The translations under genes and the position numbers were made by a program. The notes below the pieces were generated by a model that was not told where the DNA came from, did not search any database, and saw nothing but the letters and a program-made list of their open reading frames with translations. Shown here piece after piece: positions 1 to 9,446 of a stretch of DNA of 64,000 nt. The stretch is from Nanobdellota archaeon (lineage in GTDB: Archaea; Nanobdellota; Nanobdellia; Pacearchaeales; GW2011-AR1), in assembly GCA_049324275.1 (NCBI GenBank), contig JBMOLG010000001.1, positions 47,606-111,605 on the forward strand, written 5' to 3'. Every line of letters begins with the position of its first letter. The stretch's first letter is position 1.

Positions 1-632
1 TACAAAGATTAAGTGAACTTACAAAGATTAATCGTGTAACTCTTTACAGCATTTTAGATAATTTAATAAAAAAAGGAGCTGCGGGGAATACCGTTATTGA
101 ATATGCAAAACATTTTTATGCAATTGAACCAGAAAAAATTCTGAGCCAATTAGAAGAAAAAAATGAAAAGTTCAGAAAGATTCTCCCTTTGCTAAAAGAG
201 AAACAAAATACAATTGGATTAAAACCAGAAATTGAATTTTATGAAGGTGAAAAAGGTATTATCTCAGTTGAATCAGAAGTATTGAAATCAAAAAAAGATT
301 TCTTTGCATATGGTTCTTTTGAAATTTACAATAGGATTTTAGAGTATTCTGGTTTAAGTTTTAGGAAGAAAAGAATCTTAAATAAAATCACTGTTCAGTG
401 CATTACTGATGATTCTGCAAAGAATCATGAAATGTTCAATAAACCAGAATATAAAAGATACACAAAAGTAAGAATTTTAAATTCTCTTAAGGACATGCCC
501 TCCTGGACCTATCTATTCGATAATAAGGTTGTGATACTTTCTTTTGAAAAAGAAAACCCCATTGCAATTCTTATTAATAGTGAAGCTGTATATTTAAAAG
601 AAAAAATTATTTTTGATTTAATGTTAAAATGA
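1..632 (+). CDS. TrmB-family transcriptional regulator, 5'-partial (continues upstream of window; in frame from nt 3)
   Basis: Open frame from nt 3 with no stops. N-terminal HTH-like segment LSELTKINRVTLYSILDNLIKKGAAG is followed by a TrmB-like C-terminal domain. Listed ORF 189..632 is only the TTG-initiated tail of the same frame. Confidence 0.6.
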   Translation, partial: QRLSELTKINRVTLYSILDNLIKKGAAGNTVIEYAKHFYAIEPEKILSQLEEKNEKFRKILPLLKEKQNTIGLKPEIEFYEGEKGIISVESEVLKSKKDFFAYGSFEIYNRILEYSGLSFRKKRILNKITVQCITDDSAKNHEMFNKPEYKRYTKVRILNSLKDMPSWTYLFDNKVVILSFEKENPIAILINSEAVYLKEKIIFDLMLK

Positions 633-802
633 GAATCGAAAACTAATTTGCCTTAGAATAATTATATCCTATATCCATTGTTCCTCGCCCTCCCACACAT
701 AAACATAAGAATATATGTATATATACATATATTCATTTCTGCCACTTTCACTGACTCTTGGCGATTTTACCGACGATCATCTCTTAAAATCATTTTCACA
801 TC

Positions 803-1324
803 TCACTGCCAGTTTTCATCGATTTTAGCCACTCCACGTTCATGCATAATCCTGTCAATTTTACCAATAACATTTCTTTTTGTAAATGTCTTTCCATATC
901 TTTTATATGACTTCAACAAATTTCTGTCAGTGATCACAAAGAACCATCGCCTTCCATAATCTTCTTTCAGCGCTTCAACCTTTTCCAAGAACTGGTTTTT
1001 ATTTTTCTTTAGCACAATTCCAGTTTCAATCTCAACAGCCCACTCTTCCTTATTAATCACAAAAACAATGTCAGGCTTTCTTGTCAAATACTCCTTAACA
1101 TTTTTTGTGTATGTCCTTAAATATTCTGCAACTTCAAAAACAAGAATTCCATGCCTTGCAGTCTCATGAAAAAAAGGCTTGAAATAATATGATTCATGAT
1201 TGCCCTGAATATTTTTGCTTTCTACAAAATAATATCCTGAGTGTTCAAGATCCCATTTCAACGCTTTTTTAATAGCATCATCAAAACGATAAACTCTGGG
1301 TTTTGCTTTAAACCTCCAACTCAA
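803..1324 (-). CDS. hypothetical protein adjacent to integrase (possible nuclease-like fold, unsupported)
   Basis: 173-aa ORF overlapping the integrase stop by 17 nt. Segment DIVFVINKEEWAVEIETG is vaguely PD-(D/E)xK-like but lacks a clear E-x-K. Confidence 0.4.
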   Translation of the reverse strand: MSWRFKAKPRVYRFDDAIKKALKWDLEHSGYYFVESKNIQGNHESYYFKPFFHETARHGILVFEVAEYLRTYTKNVKEYLTRKPDIVFVINKEEWAVEIETGIVLKKNKNQFLEKVEALKEDYGRRWFFVITDRNLLKSYKRYGKTFTKRNVIGKIDRIMHERGVAKIDENWQ

Positions 1325-2504
1325 AATTTATTTTCATTTGGGCATAAAGCCTTTTTGTCAGTTCTGCTATTTTCTGGATTTGAATCTTCATCAGGTCATT
1401 GTCTTCTCTTAACAATTGATTTTCTTTTTCAGCATTATCTAATCTTTTCTCAAGGTCTATTTTAGTAATATCTATTAGTAAATCTTCTTCAGAGATTGTA
1501 TCTTTCATTCCTAAGAGTTCAGAATAATAATGAATCTTGTCAGACTTTTTCCAGCCGAATCTGTACTTTAAAGCAGATTCAGACTTATATCGCGGAAGCC
1601 AGTAACAGCAAGAACAATGCCTAAAGTCATACATTGTCAGCTGAGAATACTTTGCACCTGCCGGACTTTTCTTGTCCCCAAAAATTCTTCTTGCCAGTCT
1701 TTTAATATATTTATTGACTGAATATGGCGCAGTCTTAAATAAATAATCTTCAGGAGAAAGGTTATTGTTTAAAACATAATCTTTGATTAAATCAGAGCAG
1801 ATCAATAATTTAATTCTTCTGCCAAAAGTCTTGCTAATTTCATCACGAATATTCAATTCCTTAAAGTTATTATAAAAATCAGAAACTTTAATATTCATCA
1901 ATTCTGTTGGAGCCCTTATGCCTGAATCAAACAAAAACCAGATTAATACCTGATATTCATATTTTGCAGATTTGCATAGCTGTTTTATCTGTGATTCATT
2001 CAAATAAACCCATTCAGGCTTTTCTCCAGATGTATCCAGGTCTAAGGTTATATCTTGAACTTCAATTCCTGCCTTTCTGTTTCTTTTCTGATGCCAATGC
2101 CAGAATGCCTTAAAATCCTTTACAAAGTCCTTTGTGGACTTAAATTTTAAGCCATCCGCTCTTGTAATAATCCCATGTCTCATGTCTAGAAAAAACCCAA
2201 AAAGCTGTGATTCGTTCACTTCAGTTATAATTTTAAGATTAAATCGCTTTTCAAACTCTTTTGCCATAAAAGTCATCCTTTGCCTTAAGACATTAAGCCT
2301 TACAAAGCTTCTTGCGCCCTTTTTACTGCTTGTTGATACATTCATCCCGCTTTCCATGTCACTTAGATATTCTTTTATTAAATCAGAATTTAGCTTGCTT
2401 ATTTCAGGGATTCCTGATTCAGTTTTATTTTTCCATGTCAAATATTTTTCCTTGTTTTTATGCGGGTCTATTTTGGACATTTGTGTGTTGTCCATGGAAG
2501 GCAT
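1308..2504 (-). CDS. tyrosine-type site-specific integrase/recombinase
   Basis: 398 aa. Box I Arg in DSGIRAPTEL; H-x-x-R in YDFRHCSCC; C-terminal HYYSELLG holds the candidate catalytic Tyr. Phage-integrase family layout. Confidence 0.8.
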   Translation of the reverse strand: MPSMDNTQMSKIDPHKNKEKYLTWKNKTESGIPEISKLNSDLIKEYLSDMESGMNVSTSSKKGARSFVRLNVLRQRMTFMAKEFEKRFNLKIITEVNESQLFGFFLDMRHGIITRADGLKFKSTKDFVKDFKAFWHWHQKRNRKAGIEVQDITLDLDTSGEKPEWVYLNESQIKQLCKSAKYEYQVLIWFLFDSGIRAPTELMNIKVSDFYNNFKELNIRDEISKTFGRRIKLLICSDLIKDYVLNNNLSPEDYLFKTAPYSVNKYIKRLARRIFGDKKSPAGAKYSQLTMYDFRHCSCCYWLPRYKSESALKYRFGWKKSDKIHYYSELLGMKDTISEEDLLIDITKIDLEKRLDNAEKENQLLREDNDLMKIQIQKIAELTKRLYAQMKINFELEV

Positions 2505-3189
2505 TTATATATTTTGTCGAGATTGAATGCATGCAACAGAATTGATGGATTGTGCCAATATTTAAAAAGATAAAATCTGAATAATGAATATGCAAGACAT
2601 CGCTTGAATATGCCCTTTGGTTATCGTCAGCGGTCCGCGCATTTTTATTAAACGTGACAAGAATTTTTGGTTTCTAAATGAATGTAAATCATTCCTTTAT
2701 CGTAAATTAGTTATTACAACTTTAGAAAAAAGTTAGCATTAATAAAAATGGAAAAATATCCACATTAAATTTTCCTGTTAAAAATCCATATAAAAATATT
2801 AAAAAGAATATTATTGAAATAATCAATCCAATCTATGCATAAGATTTGCCTTCTAAATCATGCCTTTTAATTTTAACTAAACCAAAAATTCCTGTGATAA
2901 TTCCAACTAATGGCAAAACCATGATAACTCCGGTACTCCTAATAAAGCGAATATTATTATAGGCTATATTAGAATTGTTTCAATAATATTTCCTATATAA
3001 GGAATTCTTGAAAAGAGAGGGTTGGAAAATAATATCGCAAAAATTAAAATTTGCAAAATCCCAATGATAAAAGAAGTAATTGCAAGTTTACTTTTTCATG
3101 TTTTCTTAAATATAAGTTTATTTAAAAATATTTCTTTCATTGATTTCTATTGACAAATAGCTTAATTCGGGAAAAACTTAAATTCTGAT

Positions 3190-3489
3190 TTGCCTTTTAA
3201 TTATATGCCAAGCAAAAAATTGAAAACCCAAATAAAAAATGTTAAAAAAGAAGCATCAAATTTCAAAAAAGAATTTAAAAAACAAACGTTTACAGCAATC
3301 TCCGCTGCATTGGGATTCTTAATCGCATTGAGCTGGAGAGAGCCTATTTCAGATCTGATAACAAAAATTGTGGAAGAAGCAGGTCTAACAAAAGATTTAA
3401 TCCGTTATAAATTTTTATCTGCAATAATCATCACTGTTATTTGTGTTTTATTCCTAATTATAATTTCCAAATGGTCGAGTAAAAATTGA
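3190..3489 (+). CDS. small membrane protein (two predicted TM helices)
   Basis: 99 aa. Lys-rich N-terminus followed by hydrophobic helices AISAALGFLIALSW and AIIITVICVLFLIII. Confidence 0.4.
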   Translation: MPFNYMPSKKLKTQIKNVKKEASNFKKEFKKQTFTAISAALGFLIALSWREPISDLITKIVEEAGLTKDLIRYKFLSAIIITVICVLFLIIISKWSSKN

Positions 3490-3589
3490 TTAACAATATT
3501 TAAAAACTCAAAATTGATAAATCAATCTATTTTATATATGTCTAAAAAAATACAGCACTCAAATAAAAATGGGGGGATTATAGACGAAT

Positions 3590-4258
3590 ATGGGGAAATG
3601 GAGAAGACACTTCGAGCACTATGATTTTTTTCGCTTAAACTCTGATAGATACCTCGCTACGCTTCAAAAACATTTAGATTTATTGAAAGGATTCAAGTAC
3701 ATTATTGATACTGGTGCAGGTTCGGGCAATCTAACTTTAAAACTTTTGGAGCGGGGGCATTTTGTTAAAGCAACTGATGTGGATGAAGAAGTTTTAGAAC
3801 TGTTAAAAGAAAAATGCAAGGATTATGAAAATTTATTGGATACTGAAACAATGGACTTAAACGAAAAGATGCCTTTAAAATCAAATTCATTTGATGCAGC
3901 AAATTCAATGTTTGTAATTCCATTTGTAAATCATGAATTATATTTTTTAGAAATATTCAGAATCTTGAAATCGAATTCAAGATTCATATTATCTGCATGG
4001 GCTCCCGTGGAAAATACATGGGACGGAGTAATAATTGGGTTGGAAAGAGAATTAACAAGAAAGGGAATCCTGCCCAAAAATCAAGAAGAATGGAAGGAAT
4101 TCAAATTGGCAAACAGCAAAAGAGTTGCCGAAGTTAAAAGAGGACCAAGTCCACAAAAAATAATAAAAACCCTAGCTGATGCCGGATTTAGCAACATAAC
4201 CATGCCTGAAAATCCTTACGGCCATTTAGCTTATACGGTCATTTGTGAAAAGAAATAA
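3590..4258 (+). CDS. class I SAM-dependent methyltransferase
   Basis: Motif I IIDTGAGSGNLTLKLL, then an acidic residue at the end of the next beta-strand (VKATDVDEE). Confidence 0.7.
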   Translation: MGKWRRHFEHYDFFRLNSDRYLATLQKHLDLLKGFKYIIDTGAGSGNLTLKLLERGHFVKATDVDEEVLELLKEKCKDYENLLDTETMDLNEKMPLKSNSFDAANSMFVIPFVNHELYFLEIFRILKSNSRFILSAWAPVENTWDGVIIGLERELTRKGILPKNQEEWKEFKLANSKRVAEVKRGPSPQKIIKTLADAGFSNITMPENPYGHLAYTVICEKK

Positions 4259-4322
4259 TTAATTTAACTTTCTAGTAGTAAATCATACAAAAATTTAAAT
4301 ATTCAAAATTCCAATTAATTAA

Positions 4323-5012
4323 ATGGAAAAGCTTTGTGTTTATTCTTTTGAAGAACATTTTGATTCGAAAACATATCCAAAAAAACTTAGTGGGGAAGAA
4401 ATTAATGGAATATTCCCTGCAGATTTGGAAAATTTTAGGGGGCTTCAAAGAAATGTTCATTATTCATTGAGCCTTACTGAAGATAGCAATAAATCTTTAT
4501 TATTCAGAATATTAGATCCTAATTATTTTTATTTTTTTAAAAAAGAATGGCCCAATAATTGGAATGAGTATCTTAATAATGATGATGTAATTGATTCAGG
4601 AATTGTATTGTTGCCAGCGAGGGAAATAAGCCAGGAATTAGATTTATGTTTAGAAGATTTGCATTTTAGCAGAGAAGAATTAGATAGAATGAATAATGAA
4701 AGTGATAATTTATTTAATAATGTATGTAGGCATATGCCATTTACAAAACCACTTTATAGAATAAAGTTTGATACCCTGAACTTAAATCCATTTTACCGTT
4801 TAAATTTGCCAATTCCATTACCTGCCTATGGAGTAAAACTTACTGCCCCTAGCTGTTCGATTGAAATGCTTAATATGAAAACTAAAAAATGGATTGATAC
4901 GGGAGAAAGGCATAGCATTAACCCATTGGAATTTATTTCTTTTTTAAAAGGAAATCATTCAATAAATTGCATACTCAATGAAAGAAAAAAATATTTGCAT
5001 TTGTTGCACTGA
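4323..5012 (+). CDS. hypothetical protein
   Basis: 229-aa ORF with plausible coding composition and no recognisable motif. Confidence 0.4.
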   Translation: MEKLCVYSFEEHFDSKTYPKKLSGEEINGIFPADLENFRGLQRNVHYSLSLTEDSNKSLLFRILDPNYFYFFKKEWPNNWNEYLNNDDVIDSGIVLLPAREISQELDLCLEDLHFSREELDRMNNESDNLFNNVCRHMPFTKPLYRIKFDTLNLNPFYRLNLPIPLPAYGVKLTAPSCSIEMLNMKTKKWIDTGERHSINPLEFISFLKGNHSINCILNERKKYLHLLH

Positions 5013-5117
5013 TTATTCTTATACTTTTTACTTAAATCATGTTTGATTTAAGATAACTTCGGTGATTAAAGATGCAGATAAAAATCTTTTTATACTATTT
5101 AAAGCAATTTCTAATAT

Positions 5118-5189
5118 GGTGGTTGTAGTTTAGTGGCAGAACATGTGGCTGTGGCCCGCATAGCGAGGGTTCGATTCCCTCCTTCCACC
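5118..5189 (+). tRNA. tRNA-His (anticodon GUG) with encoded G-1; acceptor stem has two U-U mispairs by eye
   Basis: Anticodon stem TGTGG/CCGCA with loop CTGTGGC (U33, GUG, G37). T-arm GAGGG-TTCGATT-CCCTC. G-1:C73 pair typical of tRNA-His. Acceptor GTGGTTG vs CTTCCAC leaves two U-U mismatches. Confidence 0.55.
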
Positions 5190-5212
5190 CTGAAAATTAA
5201 AAAAAAATAAAA

Positions 5213-5419
5213 TTATTCAACTTCTCCAATACTCTTGCTTAAATCTGCAGGACTTTCGTATTCTCTATCTTCAATTTGTTTTAAAACATCTACTATTTCA
5301 TCTGGGGCGTCATTGTCTTTAGCAATTTTTATAAGTTCGTCTTTTGTTTTTGGATAGTCTACATCTCCAAGATGTTTTTGAATTTCTGCCGGGCTTGGTT
5401 TATGGTTGTTTTTTTTCAT
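5213..5419 (-). CDS. DUF2795-family small protein
   Basis: 68 aa: KHLGDVDYPKTKDELIKIAKDNDAPDEIVDVLKQIEDREYESPADLSKSIG matches the DUF2795 pattern. Confidence 0.65.
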   Translation of the reverse strand: MKKNNHKPSPAEIQKHLGDVDYPKTKDELIKIAKDNDAPDEIVDVLKQIEDREYESPADLSKSIGEVE

Positions 5420-5564
5420 TTTAAGATTTGCTGTTTAGTTAGCAATATAAGATTTATTCTCGTTAAAAATCTGTTTTGTATTAAAAAATACATGACTACC
5501 CGAGGTAAAAAATCAGAAATAAACTAAAAACATTTATAAAACTCTTTAGCATTAAATTTAAAAG

Positions 5565-6428
5565 ATGGTGAATAAAATTCCTAAAAATAAGAATCCTTCT
5601 GAAGAAAAGACCCAAAAACAAACTTTGTCCATCATGAAGGAAGAAGATATTGCATTAGACTTTGGAACAAAGGTTTATAAAAAATTTGATAAAATCATCA
5701 AATCTATTATTTTATTTGGAAGCACTGCAAAAAAGATTGCACAACCTACCTCTGATATTGATATTATAATTATTATTGATGACGTGGCTGTGAGCTGGGA
5801 TGATGAATTAATAGCATGGTATAGGGAAGAACTTGGAAAGATAATTGCAAATAATCCTTATAAGAAAGAGCTTCATGTAAATACAGTAAAACTCTCAACT
5901 TGGTGGTCTGACTTAATAAAGGGAGACCCCATAATAATAAGCATCTTAAGATATGGCCTTCCAATTATTGACTTTGGAGGTTTTTTTACACCATTAAAAA
6001 TTCTGCTAAGAGACGGCAAAATTAAATCAACACCAGAAGCAATTTATACTTTGCTTCAAAGAGCACCAACTCACATGGCAAGAACTAAAACATCTTTATT
6101 CGCTGCAATTGATGGATTATATTGGGCAATGGTTGATTCTGCTCATGCTGCAATAATTGCTGCGGATTTAACTCCTGCTTCCCCTGAAGAGATCCCTGAA
6201 ATATTAAAGATTAATTTTGCAGAAAAAAAATTGTTAAAGATAAAATACGTTGAATATTATTCTGAGCTTCATGAATTGGCAAAATCTATAATTCATGGAA
6301 AAACTGTTGAAGTTAATGGGAAGATTATAGATGAATGGACAGAAAAGATTGATGATTTTATCAAGACAATGGCCGAACTTATCAGCAATTTATTAGATGC
6401 GAAAAAAGAGCTTAAGCAGATAAATTAA
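5565..6428 (+). CDS. nucleotidyltransferase (Pol-beta superfamily) with an uncharacterised alpha-helical C-terminal domain
   Basis: LFGSTAKKIAQPTSDIDIIIIIDD fits the GS-x(n)-DxD minimal NTase motif. About 170 aa of extra C-terminal sequence. Confidence 0.6.
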   Translation: MVNKIPKNKNPSEEKTQKQTLSIMKEEDIALDFGTKVYKKFDKIIKSIILFGSTAKKIAQPTSDIDIIIIIDDVAVSWDDELIAWYREELGKIIANNPYKKELHVNTVKLSTWWSDLIKGDPIIISILRYGLPIIDFGGFFTPLKILLRDGKIKSTPEAIYTLLQRAPTHMARTKTSLFAAIDGLYWAMVDSAHAAIIAADLTPASPEEIPEILKINFAEKKLLKIKYVEYYSELHELAKSIIHGKTVEVNGKIIDEWTEKIDDFIKTMAELISNLLDAKKELKQIN

Positions 6429-6480
6429 ATCTTTGTTTTTTAATTAGTTTTAATTGTTGTCTAGATAAATAGAAAACTTA

Positions 6481-6867
6481 TTATTGAACAGGAGCTTCTT
6501 CTTTTTTCAAAAAATCTTCAAATTTCTTTTTTCCTTCTTTCAAAACTTTTGTATTAATTTGAACCGTATCAAGAGAAATAGCATTTCCTCTTACAGTTTT
6601 TCTTAATTTAATCCCTTTTCTTGTATCTTTCATTCCTTTTCCTCTCTTTAACAATGCTTTTTTTAATCCAGGTCCTTCAAATTGCTTTAATCCGGGAAAT
6701 CCCGCTTTGTCACTTGTTCCGGTTATTTCTAATTCATATCCATCCAAATCTGAAGAAATCTCTTTACCATCAATTTTAGAGTTTAATTTTGTATCGATTA
6801 AGCTTTCGTTATCTGATTCAAATTTTGCTGTTTTTCCTTTAAGGGATACGTTTATTTTAAATGCCAT
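6481..6867 (-). CDS. rps6e: 30S ribosomal protein S6e
   Basis: GYELEITGTSDKAGFPGLKQ...RKTVRGNAISLDTVQINTKV matches the S6e signature (KLKITGGSDKDGFPM...RKSVRGC). Confidence 0.85.
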   Translation of the reverse strand: MAFKINVSLKGKTAKFESDNESLIDTKLNSKIDGKEISSDLDGYELEITGTSDKAGFPGLKQFEGPGLKKALLKRGKGMKDTRKGIKLRKTVRGNAISLDTVQINTKVLKEGKKKFEDFLKKEEAPVQ

Positions 6868-6939
6868 ATTTATTCCTGGGATAAAGGGTTTTTAAAGATT
6901 TTTGTTTGATGTTTGAGGCTTCCCTTTGTTTGATTACAA

Positions 6940-7164
6940 TCAGATAAGTAAAACATCATAAATCTCCTTAGCGTTACTTTTGCAAGAATCAATTATCTTT
7001 TCATATTTTGGAGCGATTCTTGACAGGTATTCTCTCGTATGTTCTTCAAATTTTTGACCATTAAAACCTTCCAATGCAAGATTATACCAATTCCTAAAAA
7101 ATTTTTTATTCTCCAAAGAAACTTCTTTTCTAAATTGCTTATAATCCTTTGCAAACTCTAACAT
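6940..7164 (-). CDS. hypothetical small protein
   Basis: 74-aa ORF between rps6e and the TrmB fragment. No motif recognised. Confidence 0.3.
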   Translation of the reverse strand: MLEFAKDYKQFRKEVSLENKKFFRNWYNLALEGFNGQKFEEHTREYLSRIAPKYEKIIDSCKSNAKEIYDVLLI

Positions 7165-7201
7165 TTGAGGGTTATTTGTAACATCTGAAATATTAAAGGC
7201 A

Positions 7202-7546
7202 AAAAAAGATTTTTTTGCATATGGTTCTTTTGAAATCTATAATAAGATTCTATCTTATTCCGGATTAAATTTTAGAAAAAAAAGAATTTTGAGTAAAATA
7301 ATAGTCCAATGCATAACAGATGACTCTGCTAAAAATCATGAACTCTTTAAAAAACCTGAATATAAAAAGTATACCAGAATAAAAATTCTGAACTATCTAA
7401 AAATCATGCCCTCGTGGACATATTTATTTGATAATAAAATAGCGATAATCTCTTTTGAAAGAGAGCAGCCTGTGGCTATTCTTGTCAATAGCAAATCCGT
7501 TTACTTGAAAGAAAAGATGATATTTGATTTAATGTGGAAGAATTAA
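7202..7546 (+). pseudogene. N-terminally truncated paralog of the TrmB-like regulator C-terminal domain (no HTH; no ATG start)
   Basis: About 75% nt identity to nt 289-632. Protein segment KKDFFAYGSFEIYNKILSYSGLNFRKKRIL...VYLKEKMIFDLMWKN is colinear with copy 1. The frame is open from 7169 but has only a TTG start at 7289. Confidence 0.5.
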
Positions 7547-8092
7547 TTATTCCAAAACATAATCCCAACCGGGCTGCCAGGCTTTTCTTTTTCTCCAATC
7601 TTCTTCAAAAGATTCTGCCCAAGTTTTATTTTTAAGCAAAACATCTAAAGCTAATTGAGGAGCTTTATGCGCAACAATTGCAATATTTTGCCCATCATAA
7701 TTTTTCTTTAAAAATTTCAAAAAATCTTCAATTCTTTTTTTAACATCTTCATAGCTTTCCCCTCCTGGAAATTTTTTTGCAATGCACTTCTCCTGCATAG
7801 GCTCAACAATTCCCGATGATTTTGCGTTGAACTTTCCATAGTTGCATTCCCTCAATCTTTTGTCTTGAATAATTTTATACTTTTTTCCAAAGCTAATTTC
7901 TGCGGAATCAATAGCTCTCTTTAAATCAGAGCAAAAAACAACATCAAAATTTTTTTCTTTAATCTGTTTAAGAAGCTTTTTAGATTGTTCAATGCCTAAT
8001 TCAGAAAGTCCAACATCATTCCAGCCTGAAGAAATGTTTTTCTCATTGTCTGTTGTCGTTCCATGAACAAAGTAAATGATTTTTACGGCCAT
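7547..8092 (-). CDS. histidine phosphatase superfamily protein (phosphoglycerate-mutase-like)
   Basis: N-terminal IYFVHGTTTDN (H of the RHG motif present, R replaced) and later AHKAPQLAL, typical of the family. Confidence 0.55.
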   Translation of the reverse strand: MAVKIIYFVHGTTTDNEKNISSGWNDVGLSELGIEQSKKLLKQIKEKNFDVVFCSDLKRAIDSAEISFGKKYKIIQDKRLRECNYGKFNAKSSGIVEPMQEKCIAKKFPGGESYEDVKKRIEDFLKFLKKNYDGQNIAIVAHKAPQLALDVLLKNKTWAESFEEDWRKRKAWQPGWDYVLE

Positions 8093-8216
8093 AGATTATA
8101 GTTTGCAAATATTTATTTAAACTTTCTTGTCTGATAAAACTTATACTATTTTAATAGCAATCCATTGAGTAAAGAATATCCTTAAATGAAATACAAGTCA
8201 AAATTGAATAAGAAAA

Positions 8217-9332
8217 TTATTTTATTAAAACTCTAATGCTAGTTATATTGTTGTCATTATTTTCAGGATAAATTGTCAGATCATAATATTCTAATGTTGG
8301 AAAACAGTCATATAAAATTTTTTCGAGATATTCTTCGCTAGTTAATGGTTTTTTGCATCCAAGATTTTTTCCTTCTTTCTCGTAAATTCTATTTGCTTCA
8401 TTAAATCTATCTGAACCATAATTGGGAACAGTAATTCTTTGCTTATCAAGTCTTCTTGAATTTTCAATTATATTTTGGCACAAATAATTTTTATGCATTG
8501 AATAAAGTTCGCTTCTATTGTTGCATATTTTATTAAAAATATTAAAATTAGAAATAGCTTCGTTCATCCAATCTTGATAAAAATTATTGCCTTGAATTAT
8601 GGTAATGTGATAAGCTTCATTAAATCCTCTAAAATAATCCATTAATTTTTCTGTTTGTTTTAACATTCCAATTGCATCAAAGATTTTTAATGCAGCTTCA
8701 TCTTTTGAAGAATTATTTTTATAAAATTGTCGTAAACTTGGATCAGCCAAAGATTTCATGTATTCTAGCCAATCCATCTCATTTAATGATTCAACATATT
8801 TCTTATCAAATTCAAATGATCTGTCATTTTGTTCTTTTTTGCCAATGGCCTTAACTTTAAATACAATTGGCTTAAACTGTTCCAGATAAATATCTGCCCT
8901 AATTTTTCCTTGAATTTCATTAGTAAAAAAATCAGATAAAATCTCTTCAATCTCTTTCCGCTTTTTTATAATAGCTAAATAAGTAGTTTGTTTAATCTCT
9001 GCAATTACATTAAAAGGAAATGTATCATTGGAAAGTTTCTCAAATGGGTCGGAAATAAAAATACCCATAATCTCCGCATAATTTTTATAAAAATTTGAAG
9101 CTAAATAAAGGGAATCTGATAATTTCTCTTTTTCTTTTTCATGAACCTCACAAGATTTGCTACCTATTTGAGTATGAATTTGATTGCCAACAACTTTTCT
9201 GTAAAAATTAACTCCTTCATTGAATACATAGTTTAGCGCCCCGGGAATATCATCATTTTCTAAAATCCGTTCTTTCATTATTCCAATAGGAACTTCGGGA
9301 TTCATATTTATCTGCACTTCTAGATTAACCAT
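8217..9332 (-). CDS. hypothetical protein
   Basis: 371-aa ORF. No motif recognised. Confidence 0.4.
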   Translation of the reverse strand: MVNLEVQINMNPEVPIGIMKERILENDDIPGALNYVFNEGVNFYRKVVGNQIHTQIGSKSCEVHEKEKEKLSDSLYLASNFYKNYAEIMGIFISDPFEKLSNDTFPFNVIAEIKQTTYLAIIKKRKEIEEILSDFFTNEIQGKIRADIYLEQFKPIVFKVKAIGKKEQNDRSFEFDKKYVESLNEMDWLEYMKSLADPSLRQFYKNNSSKDEAALKIFDAIGMLKQTEKLMDYFRGFNEAYHITIIQGNNFYQDWMNEAISNFNIFNKICNNRSELYSMHKNYLCQNIIENSRRLDKQRITVPNYGSDRFNEANRIYEKEGKNLGCKKPLTSEEYLEKILYDCFPTLEYYDLTIYPENNDNNITSIRVLIK

Positions 9333-9446
9333 TAAAGAAAAAGTGAAGTTTAATTTATAAATCTTTATAATGTCATGACTTTATAGTTATAATAATATAT
9401 ATTCCACAAGATAAAAGCTTAAAAATTATCTTTTTAAAAATCTTGG

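Noticed and set aside
678-2545. ORFs 678..959, 1241..1465, 1907..2113, 2134..2526 and 2312..2545 on the + strand
   Set aside because: They overlap the integrase and its neighbour on the opposite strand and are hydrophobic low-complexity translations of AT-rich antisense sequence.
289-7546. TrmB-domain duplication as attL/attR of an integrated element
   Set aside because: The repeat is a diverged (~75%) coding segment, not a short identical att core, and the interval includes rps6e.
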